From a virus, in the IMG/VR virus record IMGVR_UViG_3300021254_000004, positions 1-41,685 of that record: 41,685 bases of DNA. One strand, written 5' to 3'. Position 1 is the stretch's first letter, and each line of letters begins with the position of its first letter. Made by a program: the position numbers and the translations under genes. The notes under the pieces were generated by a model, which did no database searches, was not told where the DNA came from, and saw only the letters and a list, made by a program, of their open reading frames with translations. This document shows, in pieces, positions 5,386 through 14,237 of the stretch.

Positions 5386-6279
5386 TTGGCGAAGACAAAT
5401 AGACGGTATTATTGGATTCAGCTTGCTCAGGATTTCTTTAAATCAAAAGAGATGAAGCTTTTGCGTAAAATGCCCGGTGGCGACACGTACACTATAATCT
5501 ATCTCAAATTAATGCTAATCAGCCTTGAAGACAACGGAAAAATCTTTTATGAAGGCCTTGCTCAAGATTTAGCTGAAGAGATGGCTTTACTCATTGATGA
5601 AGATACAGAAGCTGTCAGAATGACTTTAATTTTTTTGAGCAAAAAAGGACTTTTGACCAAAAACAATAATTTTGAATTTTTCCTTGAACAAGTTCCTGAG
5701 ATGGTAGGCTCAGAAACCGCTAGCACAAGGCGTTCTCGTAAACACAGAGAACAAAAGGCGTTGCATTGCAACACCAATGCAACAAAGTGCAACGGAGAGA
5801 TAGATATAGATATAGAGAAAGATATAGATACAGAGGAAGAGGAAAAGAAAGACGATTCCGCCAGCTCCTCTTCCAATTCTCAAAATTTAAAATATTTCTT
5901 TGACAAATGGCAAGAAATTACAGGTAGAGCTTTAACGCCTTTTGAAATCGAAGATATCCCAAAATTACACAAAGAAGATGGATTTAGCATTGACTTAATG
6001 CTTACAGCTTTGAAAGAAGCAGCTAACTCTACTAGCAATTTCAATTTTAATTATTTCAAATCTATCTTAATGCGTTACAAACGCCAAGGACTTTTGACCC
6101 CTGAGATGGTAGCAGGAGCTGAAAAGCAAAGGCAAGAGGCTAAAGATAAGCAATATTTCAAACAGCAGCCGGCTAAAAGCAACGTTCCTGAGTGGGTAGA
6201 TGAAGAATACAAACACGAAGCAACAGCGGACGAGCAAGCTAAGCTTGACGCGCTGAAAGCAGCATTTTTAGAGGAGTAA
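5386..6279 (+). CDS. phage replisome organizer (N-terminal organizer domain plus DnaD-like C-terminal domain)
   Basis: RRYYWIQLAQDFFKSKEMKLLRKMPGGDTYTIIYLKLML is typical of replisome-organizer N-domains. The C-terminus LKYFFDKWQEITGRALTPFEIEDI is DnaD-like. TTG start. Confidence 0.8.
   Translation: MAKTNRRYYWIQLAQDFFKSKEMKLLRKMPGGDTYTIIYLKLMLISLEDNGKIFYEGLAQDLAEEMALLIDEDTEAVRMTLIFLSKKGLLTKNNNFEFFLEQVPEMVGSETASTRRSRKHREQKALHCNTNATKCNGEIDIDIEKDIDTEEEEKKDDSASSSSNSQNLKYFFDKWQEITGRALTPFEIEDIPKLHKEDGFSIDLMLTALKEAANSTSNFNFNYFKSILMRYKRQGLLTPEMVAGAEKQRQEAKDKQYFKQQPAKSNVPEWVDEEYKHEATADEQAKLDALKAAFLEE
5767..5835. repeat. iteron-like direct repeats inside the replisome organizer gene (candidate ori)
   Basis: TGCAAC occurs three times (5767, 5778, 5788) at 10-11-bp phasing. 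Four GA(T/G)ATAGA units follow at 5797-5828. Confidence 0.5.
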
Positions 6280-6287
6280 ACATAAAC

Positions 6288-6557
6288 ATGAACGTAAAAC
6301 AAACAATTTTAGATGAACACAAAACACTTGAACGAGTTAAAGGACTTAGAGATGAGCTAAAGCACGTCGTCGCTGTTGCAAAAATTGGCGATATATTGGG
6401 CGAAATCAACTTTAACGAAGCTGAAAAAGGAATGATTGACGGGTTCTTACTACTGTCTGAAGTTTTAGAGGACGTCTTGAATGGAGCAGAGCCAGAAGAA
6501 GCATTCGAGAATAAATTGAAAGAGTTAGGAATGAAACCCGACGAGGATAAAGACTAA
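6288..6557 (+). CDS. hypothetical protein (89 aa)
   Basis: ORF track, tightly packed in the early operon. Confidence 0.6.
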   Translation: MNVKQTILDEHKTLERVKGLRDELKHVVAVAKIGDILGEINFNEAEKGMIDGFLLLSEVLEDVLNGAEPEEAFENKLKELGMKPDEDKD

Positions 6558-6778
6558 TGAAAATCGAACTATTACACGTTGTCAATGGTTATCGCAAGTT
6601 TCATCTTGGATTCTTTGATGACGGTCAGGAAGCAGTTGAAGCAATGAAACGAGATGTAGCTATCAATTCGGCGATTCATGAGCCTAGATTCCGTAAAACG
6701 ATGAGCGACGACGGTATTCGAATTGACTACGGCGCTAAGACTTGCTACTACTTGCTGCAAGCTAGAAAGGTCAGCTAA
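6557..6778 (+). CDS. hypothetical protein (73 aa)
   Basis: ORF track. Its start overlaps the previous stop. Confidence 0.6.
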   Translation: MKIELLHVVNGYRKFHLGFFDDGQEAVEAMKRDVAINSAIHEPRFRKTMSDDGIRIDYGAKTCYYLLQARKVS

Positions 6779-6912
6779 TGCAACATGGATTGTTTGGCGA
6801 TTTTGATTACGATAATTGGTTAAGCACGTATGAGGACCATGAAGAAGTATTTCAGGGTGATGAAGACGAGGCTTATGACCGCTGGAAAGACGACCAGCTA
6901 GAAGATTGGTAA
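6778..6912 (+). CDS. possible acidic 44-aa ORF (MQHGLFGDFDYDNWLSTYEDHEEVFQGDEDEAYDRWKDDQLEDW)
   Basis: Manual translation. TAATG coupling fills the gap before recT. Confidence 0.4.
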   Translation: MQHGLFGDFDYDNWLSTYEDHEEVFQGDEDEAYDRWKDDQLEDW

Positions 6913-6924
6913 AGAGGAGAAAAA

Positions 6925-7857
6925 ATGACAACAGAATTAACACAACGACAAATTACGTCAAGTGTGGCTAACCGAATCGAAGAAATGAAAGGCGAAGGCT
7001 TGCTAGTAGCGCCAAATTACAGTGTAAGTAACGCTCTAAGCTCTGCTTATTACGCTTTGACGAATTCAAATAGCGGCAATTTGCTAGGAAAATGTACGCA
7101 AGACAGTATTTATAACGCTTTGCTTGACATGGTAACGCAAGGCCTAAGCCCGGCTAAAACACAATGCTATTTCATTCCTTATGGAAACAAGGTCAAGCTA
7201 ATGCGTTCATATTTTGGAACGATGAAAGTCGTTAAACAGCTCCCTGAAGTTAAAGACATTTACGCCGAAGTTATCTACGAAGGTGATAATGTTGAAATTA
7301 AAAACGTTGAAGGTCGTAAGGTGCTGGTTAAGCACGATACTAATTGGCTAAATCAAGATAATCCAATTATTGGTGCTTACTGTATTATCGAAAAAGTTGA
7401 TGGTGAGAAGATTTTGACAATCATGACTAAGAAAGAAATCGATAAAGCTTGGGGGCAATCAAAAAATAAAACCGTCCAAAATAATTTCCCGCAAGAAATG
7501 GCAAAACGTACTGTAATCAATCGTGCCGCTAAACAGTTCTTTAACACAAGCGACGACAACGACTTATTTATTGACGCTGTAAATCGAACTACAGCAAACG
7601 AATATGATGACGAACGAAATGTCAAAGACATAACGCCAGAACAAGACGACAGTGAAAGTATTGACAGCTTCCTTGGTGAACCATTGCCAGAAGCTGCTGA
7701 CGAAGAAACAAAACAACCTAAAGATGTGACACCATCTGAAGACACCGCTCAGGAGCTCACAGAAGCCCCAGAATCGGCTCAAATGCCAGAACCTGAAGAA
7801 TTACATGAACCGGAACAAACAGAGCTATTTGAGCAACTAGGAGACCTATATGACTAA
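6925..7857 (+). CDS. recT: RecT-family single-strand annealing recombinase
   Basis: CYFIPYGNKVKLMRSYFGTMKVV parallels the E. coli RecT motif AYLLPFGN...IGYRGM. It has an acidic C-terminal tail and is followed by a nuclease gene. Confidence 0.8.
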   Translation: MTTELTQRQITSSVANRIEEMKGEGLLVAPNYSVSNALSSAYYALTNSNSGNLLGKCTQDSIYNALLDMVTQGLSPAKTQCYFIPYGNKVKLMRSYFGTMKVVKQLPEVKDIYAEVIYEGDNVEIKNVEGRKVLVKHDTNWLNQDNPIIGAYCIIEKVDGEKILTIMTKKEIDKAWGQSKNKTVQNNFPQEMAKRTVINRAAKQFFNTSDDNDLFIDAVNRTTANEYDDERNVKDITPEQDDSESIDSFLGEPLPEAADEETKQPKDVTPSEDTAQELTEAPESAQMPEPEELHEPEQTELFEQLGDLYD

Positions 7858-8680
7858 GCTAACAGATGAGAACTACTATCAAGACAAAAAATACTTGTCT
7901 AATTCACGCTTTAAACAATACATGCAATGTCAAGCTAAAGCTTACGCCGTTGAAAATGGCGAATGGGTGGAAGACCGAGACGAGACCGCTCTCTTGGTCG
8001 GCAATTACGTACATAGCTACTTTGAATCCGAAGAGGTTCACGACGCTTTCGTTGAAGCTAATAAAGCGAAAATCATTGCTAAAACAGGCAAGAACAAGGG
8101 CAATCTGAAAGCTGATTTCGTGGTAGGCGAGAAAATGATTAACGCCTTGAAAGATGACGAGAACTTTAATCGCCTATATCACGGCTATCCAAGCGATGAC
8201 GTCCGAAAAGAATTGATTGTCATTGGCGAAATTGAAGGGGTACCAATCAAGGGCAAACTTGACAGCATTAACCTATCTCGTGGCTACTTTGTTGACCTGA
8301 AAACAATGAGGTCAATTTACAACGAAGAGTGGAACGCAGATTTACATAAGAAAGTGCCAGCAGCGGTCAATAATATCTTAAATTTTGGCTATAACGGTCA
8401 GTTAGCTCTTTATCGTGAATTGCTAAAACAGATGTCGGGCCAAGAATTTAGACCGCTAATCGTAGCCGTATCAAAAGAGAACGTTCCTGACAAGGAATTT
8501 ATCAAAGTTGATGAAAATTGGCTTGAAGAGGGTCTTGACTATATCAAAGATAATGTCAAAGAAGTCTGGGACGTCATTCAGGGTAAGCAAGAACCTAAGA
8601 AGTGTGGTCATTGTGACTACTGTAAGGCTCAAAAGAAACTTTCTAAACTCGTAAGCTTAAACGATATGATTGGAGATTAA
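7850..8680 (+). CDS. PD-(D/E)XK (Cas4/RecB-like) exonuclease partner of RecT
   Basis: GKLDSI...FVDLKT fits a D...(D/E)xK motif. A C-terminal Cys cluster CGHCDYC is present. It overlaps the recT end. Confidence 0.7.
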   Translation: MTKLTDENYYQDKKYLSNSRFKQYMQCQAKAYAVENGEWVEDRDETALLVGNYVHSYFESEEVHDAFVEANKAKIIAKTGKNKGNLKADFVVGEKMINALKDDENFNRLYHGYPSDDVRKELIVIGEIEGVPIKGKLDSINLSRGYFVDLKTMRSIYNEEWNADLHKKVPAAVNNILNFGYNGQLALYRELLKQMSGQEFRPLIVAVSKENVPDKEFIKVDENWLEEGLDYIKDNVKEVWDVIQGKQEPKKCGHCDYCKAQKKLSKLVSLNDMIGD

Positions 8681-8683
8681 AAC

Positions 8684-9010
8684 ATGCAAATGGAACACGT
8701 TACAGATAGCGTCACTATCTATTCGGACGGAACTAACTTACAGGTCATTCATGACCTTGGCCCTGAATTCGTCTTAGATTTCGAACTCGAAAAAGAACCG
8801 ACTTTCAACATTGATGTTTTAGGTAAGACAGACTACGCTTACCACCTAAAACCATTCTTTAGTGTTTCTGGGTTCTGCTCAAAGGGCGAAGATGACCTTC
8901 ATCGATTGCGTTGGGCAATCTTGCAATTTCAGGAATTTGAGCAATATTTAGCAGATAATCAAGCAGAAATGCTTCAATGGTATTTCAATCCGAAAGGAGA
9001 AACAGAATGA
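8684..9010 (+). CDS. hypothetical protein (108 aa)
   Basis: ORF track. Confidence 0.6.
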   Translation: MQMEHVTDSVTIYSDGTNLQVIHDLGPEFVLDFELEKEPTFNIDVLGKTDYAYHLKPFFSVSGFCSKGEDDLHRLRWAILQFQEFEQYLADNQAEMLQWYFNPKGETE

Positions 9011-9093
9011 TTGAATTTCTTAGAGAAGCAGGAATGGCTCTCCTTTGGTTGCTATTAGGTTACCTTATCGGAGAACGTCAAAGTAAGAAATGA
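9007..9093 (+). CDS. possible 28-aa membrane micro-ORF (MIEFLREAGMALLWLLLGYLIGERQSKK)
   Basis: Manual translation. ATGA coupling. Confidence 0.3.
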   Translation: MIEFLREAGMALLWLLLGYLIGERQSKK

Positions 9094-9104
9094 GGTTTTA
9101 AACC

Positions 9105-9452
9105 ATGAATAGACTGAAAGAATTACGTAAGGAAAAAGGCTTATCTCAACAAGCAGTAGCAAATGAATTGGGTATTCATTGCAGAACATTACAAAATTGG
9201 GAAAGCGGAGCAACCCAAATAAAAATCGAAAAAGCTGAAAAGTTAGCTGATTTTTTGGGTGTAACACCGGCTTACTTGTTAGGATATTCAGACTTCCCAG
9301 CTAGAAATCTTAGAGAACTACTTACCCACGAAGTCAAAGCGTTAAAAGAATACGAAGTAGTTCGTGTCGGTGGCAGGAATTTCATTTCCGAAAACCAAGT
9401 TTTAAACATAATTGATAAATACGTGCCGGGATTCACGATAAAAGCGAACTAG
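9105..9452 (+). CDS. XRE-family HTH protein (115 aa) within the early region
   Basis: LKELRKEKGLSQQAVANELGIHCRTLQNWESG is a canonical HTH_3 sequence. Confidence 0.8.
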   Translation: MNRLKELRKEKGLSQQAVANELGIHCRTLQNWESGATQIKIEKAEKLADFLGVTPAYLLGYSDFPARNLRELLTHEVKALKEYEVVRVGGRNFISENQVLNIIDKYVPGFTIKAN

Positions 9453-9495
9453 AAAGACGTGCCGATTTTAACGAGACGGCAATGTAAAGAATTTC

Positions 9496-9547
9496 AGCGG
9501 GCGCAAGCCATACTCACACAACTTTAAAAGTGCCCGCTTTTATTTTT
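9496..9547 (+). terminator. possible intrinsic terminator with a large loop
   Basis: Stem AGCGGGC (9496-9502) with GCCCGCT (9532-9538), followed by TTTTATTTTT. Confidence 0.45.
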
Positions 9548-9559
9548 GAGGAGAAAAAA

Positions 9560-9880
9560 ATGAAAGAAGACCTTATCAAATTGACGCAAGAGGATTTTGA
9601 AACTTACGCAAAACATAAAATTTCAGAGCACCTTGAATTAGAACCACATGATGTTTACATGGTTTGGTTTAACTATACACTTGGAAACGCTAAAGGAATG
9701 TTTAGCTTTGACAGCGAGAAAGCTTATCCGATGAGCAACCCAAATTCGAAACTTCCGGATTACGTTGAAGTGACATACAACAGCGAAAAGCATGAGTTTT
9801 ATTTCGATTGGTACACAAAAGAACGCCAAGAAGTCACTCACGTCGCTTTTGAGATTCCGGGGCTTACTGATGAAATTTGA
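9560..9880 (+). CDS. hypothetical protein (106 aa from the internal ATG)
   Basis: SD GAGGAG precedes ATG 9560 (MKEDLIKL...). The track start at 9530 lies inside the terminator. Confidence 0.65.
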   Translation: MKEDLIKLTQEDFETYAKHKISEHLELEPHDVYMVWFNYTLGNAKGMFSFDSEKAYPMSNPNSKLPDYVEVTYNSEKHEFYFDWYTKERQEVTHVAFEIPGLTDEI

Positions 9881-10256
9881 GTTTATTTTATCGAATACTA
9901 AGAAGCAAAAACAGATGTTAAACGCCAATGACCGTCCCCATTGGACGCAAAAGGCTAAAATCACCGCATTTTTACGTGATACAGCCGCTAGAGCAGGTCG
10001 GCAATGTAATTGTACCCCCTACTCAAAAAAGCGCCCCTGTGGCCTTGTAGTGACGATTTACGCACCTACTAAAAGACGACTTGACCCACCTAATTTTTAT
10101 CCGACCGTCAAAGCACTCGTTGATGGATTGACAGACGCCGGAATCTGGACGGACGACAACTCAGAAGTCATTAAATTTATGACGTTTAAACGAGGTGGAC
10201 CAAGCGAAATACCCGGAAAATATAGGATTAGATTGGAAATAAAGGAATTATTATGA
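9870..10256 (+). CDS. rusA: RusA-family Holliday junction resolvase (128 aa)
   Basis: RRLDPPNFYPTVKALVDGLTDAGIWTDDNSEVI fits the RusA D..N...K...D.L...DD pattern. ATG 9870 overlaps the previous stop. Confidence 0.7.
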   Translation: MKFEFILSNTKKQKQMLNANDRPHWTQKAKITAFLRDTAARAGRQCNCTPYSKKRPCGLVVTIYAPTKRRLDPPNFYPTVKALVDGLTDAGIWTDDNSEVIKFMTFKRGGPSEIPGKYRIRLEIKELL

Positions 10257-10429
10257 CAAAAAAACACATTGTAAGGGAATACAGCCCAAAGCTTAGAACA
10301 GCGACCTGTTTCGCAACAACCAAAGATTTTAAAGAAACAGAGTTTAAAACCAAAAAACAAGCTCTTAAATATTTTGAAAAGGCTCGTAAAGAGCCCGGAC
10401 AAACAGAATACTATGAGGTGGTAAGTTGA
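10253..10429 (+). CDS. possible 58-aa ORF (MTKKHIVREYSPKLRTATCFATTKDFKETEFKTKKQALKYFEKARKEPGQTEYYEVVS)
   Basis: Manual translation. ATGA coupling to rusA. Confidence 0.45.
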   Translation: MTKKHIVREYSPKLRTATCFATTKDFKETEFKTKKQALKYFEKARKEPGQTEYYEVVS

Positions 10430-10680
10430 AAGCTGAAAGATACATGTTTTTAAGTATGTTGTTATCGTTTACAATCATCGTCACAGTTGTCTTTTTTACG
10501 ATTGAGTTAGGAATGCAAAAGACTGTTTATAACAACAAAATTACTGAGCTGAAACTTGAAAATATCAAGCAAAAATATGAAATCAAGCGGTTAGAGGACA
10601 ATCAAACGATTGTTTATCACACTGATAATTACGGGGGAGAGTACGATTATGAAAGTACGGTTCACGCTAACAAACAATAA
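10426..10680 (+). CDS. hypothetical single-pass membrane protein (84 aa)
   Basis: ORF track. Hydrophobic N-terminus FLSMLLSFTIIVTVVFFTI. Confidence 0.5.
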   Translation: MKAERYMFLSMLLSFTIIVTVVFFTIELGMQKTVYNNKITELKLENIKQKYEIKRLEDNQTIVYHTDNYGGEYDYESTVHANKQ

Positions 10681-10822
10681 GCTTTTGACGACGTGTGTTA
10701 GTAAAAGCACGTATGATTATATATACAATCGTTGGAAAGCTGGTCAGGACGTTGAATTGGGCCACAAACGAAGCATTTTAAACAGTGAAATCAAGAAAAT
10801 CGAGGTATTGGAAAATGGATAA
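10649..10822 (+). CDS. hypothetical protein (57 aa from the internal ATG)
   Basis: SD-like ggggagag precedes ATG 10649 (MKVRFTLTNNK...). Confidence 0.45.
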   Translation: MKVRFTLTNNKLLTTCVSKSTYDYIYNRWKAGQDVELGHKRSILNSEIKKIEVLENG

Positions 10823-10982
10823 ATGGTACACAGTGTACGCAAGTAAAACAGACCGCCCAGAGCTCGGTTATCGCTTACTTGCTCCTTCTAAAGACGTTGC
10901 TTTAGATATTGTTTCAAAAGACCCCAAAATCAAAGAGTGGGAGTTAACTAATATTTGGGTAGAAAATGAGGAAACACGATGA
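10815..10982 (+). CDS. hypothetical protein (55 aa from the internal ATG)
   Basis: SD GAGGT precedes ATG 10815 (MDKWYTVYASK...). Confidence 0.5.
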   Translation: MDKWYTVYASKTDRPELGYRLLAPSKDVALDIVSKDPKIKEWELTNIWVENEETR

Positions 10983-11383
10983 AAAATAAAAAAATAGCAG
11001 TTTTAGCAGGTGCAGCGCTCATGACAATTGGTTTAGCTACGTTGTCAGGTTGTACGGAATCGGATAAAGTCTCTTACAACATTAGTAAGGAAGCGGATAA
11101 TTTTAATGTTCGCAGACGTGTAGCAGTTATCAATACACGTACTGACAAGATTGAGTTTAAGGTCGAAGGTCTTATCTCAGTTGATACGTCAAACAGCAAG
11201 AAATTGGTCGTTATTGCTGAAGTATCAAAAGGAAAATACAGGAAGCATTTAATCAACATGACCAAAAACAACATGTACGTCGTCGAAGATTTAACAGACG
11301 GAACAAAAGTCAATAAATACAAGTATGAAGTTGAGTACATGCCTGAAAGCATTCTTCCTGTAACGATTACAGATAACGAGTGA
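10979..11383 (+). CDS. predicted lipoprotein (134 aa)
   Basis: Signal peptide plus lipobox: MKNKKIAVLAGAALMTIGLATLSGC. Confidence 0.75.
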   Translation: MKNKKIAVLAGAALMTIGLATLSGCTESDKVSYNISKEADNFNVRRRVAVINTRTDKIEFKVEGLISVDTSNSKKLVVIAEVSKGKYRKHLINMTKNNMYVVEDLTDGTKVNKYKYEVEYMPESILPVTITDNE

Positions 11384-11394
11384 GGTGCTGAGAG

Positions 11395-11643
11395 ATGAAA
11401 AACAAAGCTCTAATAATGCTAGTCGGTCTAACCTTGACAGCAGTCGGATTGTTCGGGTGTTCAGAAAGCGGAAATGCGTCTAGTCATAGCACGTACGCTT
11501 ACATACCAACTGATAAGCAGAATTGTGGTTGGGAGCGTGTAGAGGTCAAAGACTATGATTGCTACGGAGACGAAGGGATTTGGATTCAAACAACAGATGG
11601 GCGAACTATTAAAGGCTGCAATATTACAATTGTGAAGGAGTAA
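11395..11643 (+). CDS. predicted lipoprotein (82 aa)
   Basis: Signal peptide plus lipobox: MKNKALIMLVGLTLTAVGLFGC. Confidence 0.7.
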   Translation: MKNKALIMLVGLTLTAVGLFGCSESGNASSHSTYAYIPTDKQNCGWERVEVKDYDCYGDEGIWIQTTDGRTIKGCNITIVKE

Positions 11644-11646
11644 GCG

Positions 11647-12024
11647 ATGAATCTGAAAAAATTTTTAGCTAAATTACAAGGAGAGCTCAAAGATACTGAG
11701 CGTAGTAACAATGGTGAATGGGCAGCTGCATTCAATAGTGGGCTTATTTATGCGATGAAAGTCGCTGAACAGTTTGAAGAGTCCGATAAAACTAAGATGG
11801 ACCTGAAAGAGTTAGAGCGAGCGAATATGCTTGTCCAAAACGTCAAAATTTTAGAAACATTGTCTAAAAGCAAAATTTATCACATTGCTGTAAAATATCC
11901 TGACGGAAGAGATGACTGTGTATTTATGAAAGATGAACTCAAAGAAAAAATTCAGAAGGTATTTGAAGATTACGCTGATGAATTAAAAGCAGAATTGAAA
12001 GGTTTGGGGGTTGATTATGAATAA
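11647..12024 (+). CDS. hypothetical protein (125 aa)
   Basis: ORF track. Confidence 0.6.
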   Translation: MNLKKFLAKLQGELKDTERSNNGEWAAAFNSGLIYAMKVAEQFEESDKTKMDLKELERANMLVQNVKILETLSKSKIYHIAVKYPDGRDDCVFMKDELKEKIQKVFEDYADELKAELKGLGVDYE

Positions 12025-12592
12025 GCAAGAATTGATGAGAAAAATGCACGAAGCGGGATTCAATTGCAAAGCAATTAAATATGCTAGTCAATTTGATAAA
12101 GGTTATAACAATGGGATTGCCTATGCTATAAATTTGCTTGACAAACTTGACGAACCAGAAAAACCAGTGCTGACTAAAAAGGAAGCTGAATGGGTTGATA
12201 AACTTACTGATTTTTACAGTTTACCAGACGCTTTATACTACATTACTCGCTGTGGTTATGGATACTTATTTGTTTTCGAAATGGCTAAGAAAACATATGA
12301 ACTACCAATTGATAGTGGTGCAACCTATGGTGAATTCTGCGAGCTTAAAGAACGTCTTGTGAATGCTGTGATTTACGGCTATACAGTTAAGGAAGAGAAA
12401 CTGTACACAGCTAAATTAAAATTAACTAATGAGTATCTACATTATGATAAAGGTTATAAAAAATTTCATCATTATGCAGTACATGAAGATTGGGCTAATA
12501 ATAAAAAAGAGTTTCACTTTACTGAAGATGACTTGACTAAATATAACGCTTGGGAAAATGAAGTTTATGAAATTGAAGAGGTGGAAGAATGA
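12017..12592 (+). CDS. hypothetical protein, paralog 1 (DUF1642-like by recollection)
   Basis: It starts ATGAATAAGCAAGAA, as the next gene does. It shares the DEPEKPV and EKLYT motifs and an EEVEE C-terminus with the next gene. Confidence 0.65.
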   Translation: MNKQELMRKMHEAGFNCKAIKYASQFDKGYNNGIAYAINLLDKLDEPEKPVLTKKEAEWVDKLTDFYSLPDALYYITRCGYGYLFVFEMAKKTYELPIDSGATYGEFCELKERLVNAVIYGYTVKEEKLYTAKLKLTNEYLHYDKGYKKFHHYAVHEDWANNKKEFHFTEDDLTKYNAWENEVYEIEEVEE

Positions 12593-13134
12593 ATAAGCAA
12601 GAAGTGACTGAAGAGATTAAAAATTTAGAAGGAGTTACTATTTTAGATAAGACTATTAACTTTGATAGTGAAATGATACCTAAAAAAGAGGTTTTTAATA
12701 TCATCAATCAAATCGACGAGCCAGAGAAGCCAGTAGTGCCACAATTTGTGGCGGATTGGTACGAGGGTCACAAACGTAGCCTAGAATGGACTTTAAGACA
12801 GCTAGGACTAGATATGATGAATGGAGTATTTGATAACACTGAAATGAAAGGGTGGCTTAATAACTCGAATAATAAACCAATTCAAACAATTGTGAACATG
12901 CACCAATTTGATTATGAAGTTGAGAAAGAGAAGCTGTACACAGTAGAGTTGCCAAATTCAAATTATCAAGGTTCTGGACATTTTGTACTTCACAAAGATG
13001 AAAAAGGTAAAGTCTTTATAGACTGGCATTACTCAGAAAACTGGAAAAAGCTTGATGGTGTTGAGCTGACTGAATCAGAAATCAAGGAAGATTATGATTG
13101 GGCTTGGCAATTTGCGGAAGAGGTGGAAGAGTGA
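12589..13134 (+). CDS. hypothetical protein, paralog 2 (DUF1642-like by recollection)
   Basis: It has the same N-terminal codons and the same shared motifs as 12017..12592. Confidence 0.65.
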   Translation: MNKQEVTEEIKNLEGVTILDKTINFDSEMIPKKEVFNIINQIDEPEKPVVPQFVADWYEGHKRSLEWTLRQLGLDMMNGVFDNTEMKGWLNNSNNKPIQTIVNMHQFDYEVEKEKLYTVELPNSNYQGSGHFVLHKDEKGKVFIDWHYSENWKKLDGVELTESEIKEDYDWAWQFAEEVEE

Positions 13135-13451
13135 TACAGAAAATTGAAGTACTAAAGATTACTAAAATTTATTATTCTAGAAAATATAGGGATTATGATA
13201 CAGAGACAGAACTCTTAGGGATATTCTCTTCAGAAACAGAAGTCCACAGAGCAATTGGAGCACTTGGTTTTGACCCAGAAGACTTTAAGTATTTAGGAGA
13301 TGGTGGCGGTGTTATACCAGATGATAGTTATGGAGTTATTGTGGATAATATGAATGGTAGTGAACTATTCATTTACTGGGAAACTTATGACCTAGATGAT
13401 TTCACACCAAGCACTATTTGGGAAGATTACTGTGAGGAGAATGGACTATGA
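13131..13451 (+). CDS. hypothetical protein (106 aa from a GTG start)
   Basis: SD GAGGTGGA precedes GTG 13131. GTGA coupling. Confidence 0.5.
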   Translation: MIQKIEVLKITKIYYSRKYRDYDTETELLGIFSSETEVHRAIGALGFDPEDFKYLGDGGGVIPDDSYGVIVDNMNGSELFIYWETYDLDDFTPSTIWEDYCEENGL

Positions 13452-13660
13452 AAGAGTATTTAGTCGAAGGATATTTCCAAGGGAAATTAAGCTGTACTTT
13501 CACCGTGACGGCGCTTTCCCCGCACGATGCCTTTTGTATTATCGCAAATAACCCAAATTATATAAGATACCTTAATTTGGACGAGGTAAACATATCTTTA
13601 GTTCCTAAATTAGACTTTATTTGTGAAGGAACAAAGGTTAGAGCAGTTCCTAGACAATAA
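13448..13660 (+). CDS. hypothetical protein (70 aa)
   Basis: ORF track. ATGA coupling. Confidence 0.55.
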   Translation: MKEYLVEGYFQGKLSCTFTVTALSPHDAFCIIANNPNYIRYLNLDEVNISLVPKLDFICEGTKVRAVPRQ

Positions 13661-13734
13661 AAAAAGCCAAGTCGCAATCAGCTCCTTAGCAAACGTTCTC
13701 ATTATTACTATTATAGCATAAGGAGATTGAGAAA

Positions 13735-14208
13735 ATGCGACTTTTTCAGGACATAGATAAGGTTTTAACAAAACGCAACGCTTACGAGGTGCTTTCTCTT
13801 TATCGTCGCTATTCTCGCATGGCTGGCGAAGAGTATACACCTAAAATTACAGCGACTTACTCGCTAGAACCTAAAGCGTCAGGATTTAGCAATAGCAAAC
13901 GAACAGAAATCCAAGTAACTAGACGTGTAGCGGCTTGGGACGAAATGCAAGCAATTACGAAAGCAATTAACCGCATTATTGACCCGTTCGTAAGACAAAT
14001 TTTGATTGAGAAATATTGTAAATGGCAAATTAAATCAGATTGCGAAATCTACATGGAGTTAGGCTACTCTGAAAGCGAGTTTTATCGCATGCTTGAGCGC
14101 GGAGCGGTCGAGTTTGCGGAATGTTATCGAGGTGGAGAGTTGTTGGTCTTCCGAATTGGGAGAGAAGAGCAAGAAAATAGCTGGGATAACAACGTTTCTG
14201 AGTGTTAA
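13735..14208 (+). CDS. arpU: ArpU/RinA-type late-gene transcriptional regulator
   Basis: It is the last early gene, directly upstream of terS. AYEVLSLYRRYSRMAG...SESEFYRMLERGAVEFAECY resembles ArpU-family proteins by recollection. Confidence 0.7.
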   Translation: MRLFQDIDKVLTKRNAYEVLSLYRRYSRMAGEEYTPKITATYSLEPKASGFSNSKRTEIQVTRRVAAWDEMQAITKAINRIIDPFVRQILIEKYCKWQIKSDCEIYMELGYSESEFYRMLERGAVEFAECYRGGELLVFRIGREEQENSWDNNVSEC

Positions 14209-14211
14209 AAT
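14203..14211 (+). promoter_or_regulatory. extended -10 element TGTTAAAAT overlapping the arpU stop codon
   Basis: It is the same 9-mer as at 837-845 (+) and 4575-4583 (-). No good -35 is present. Confidence 0.3.
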
Positions 14212-14237
14212 CATATTATAGAAAAAAATAGCATAGA

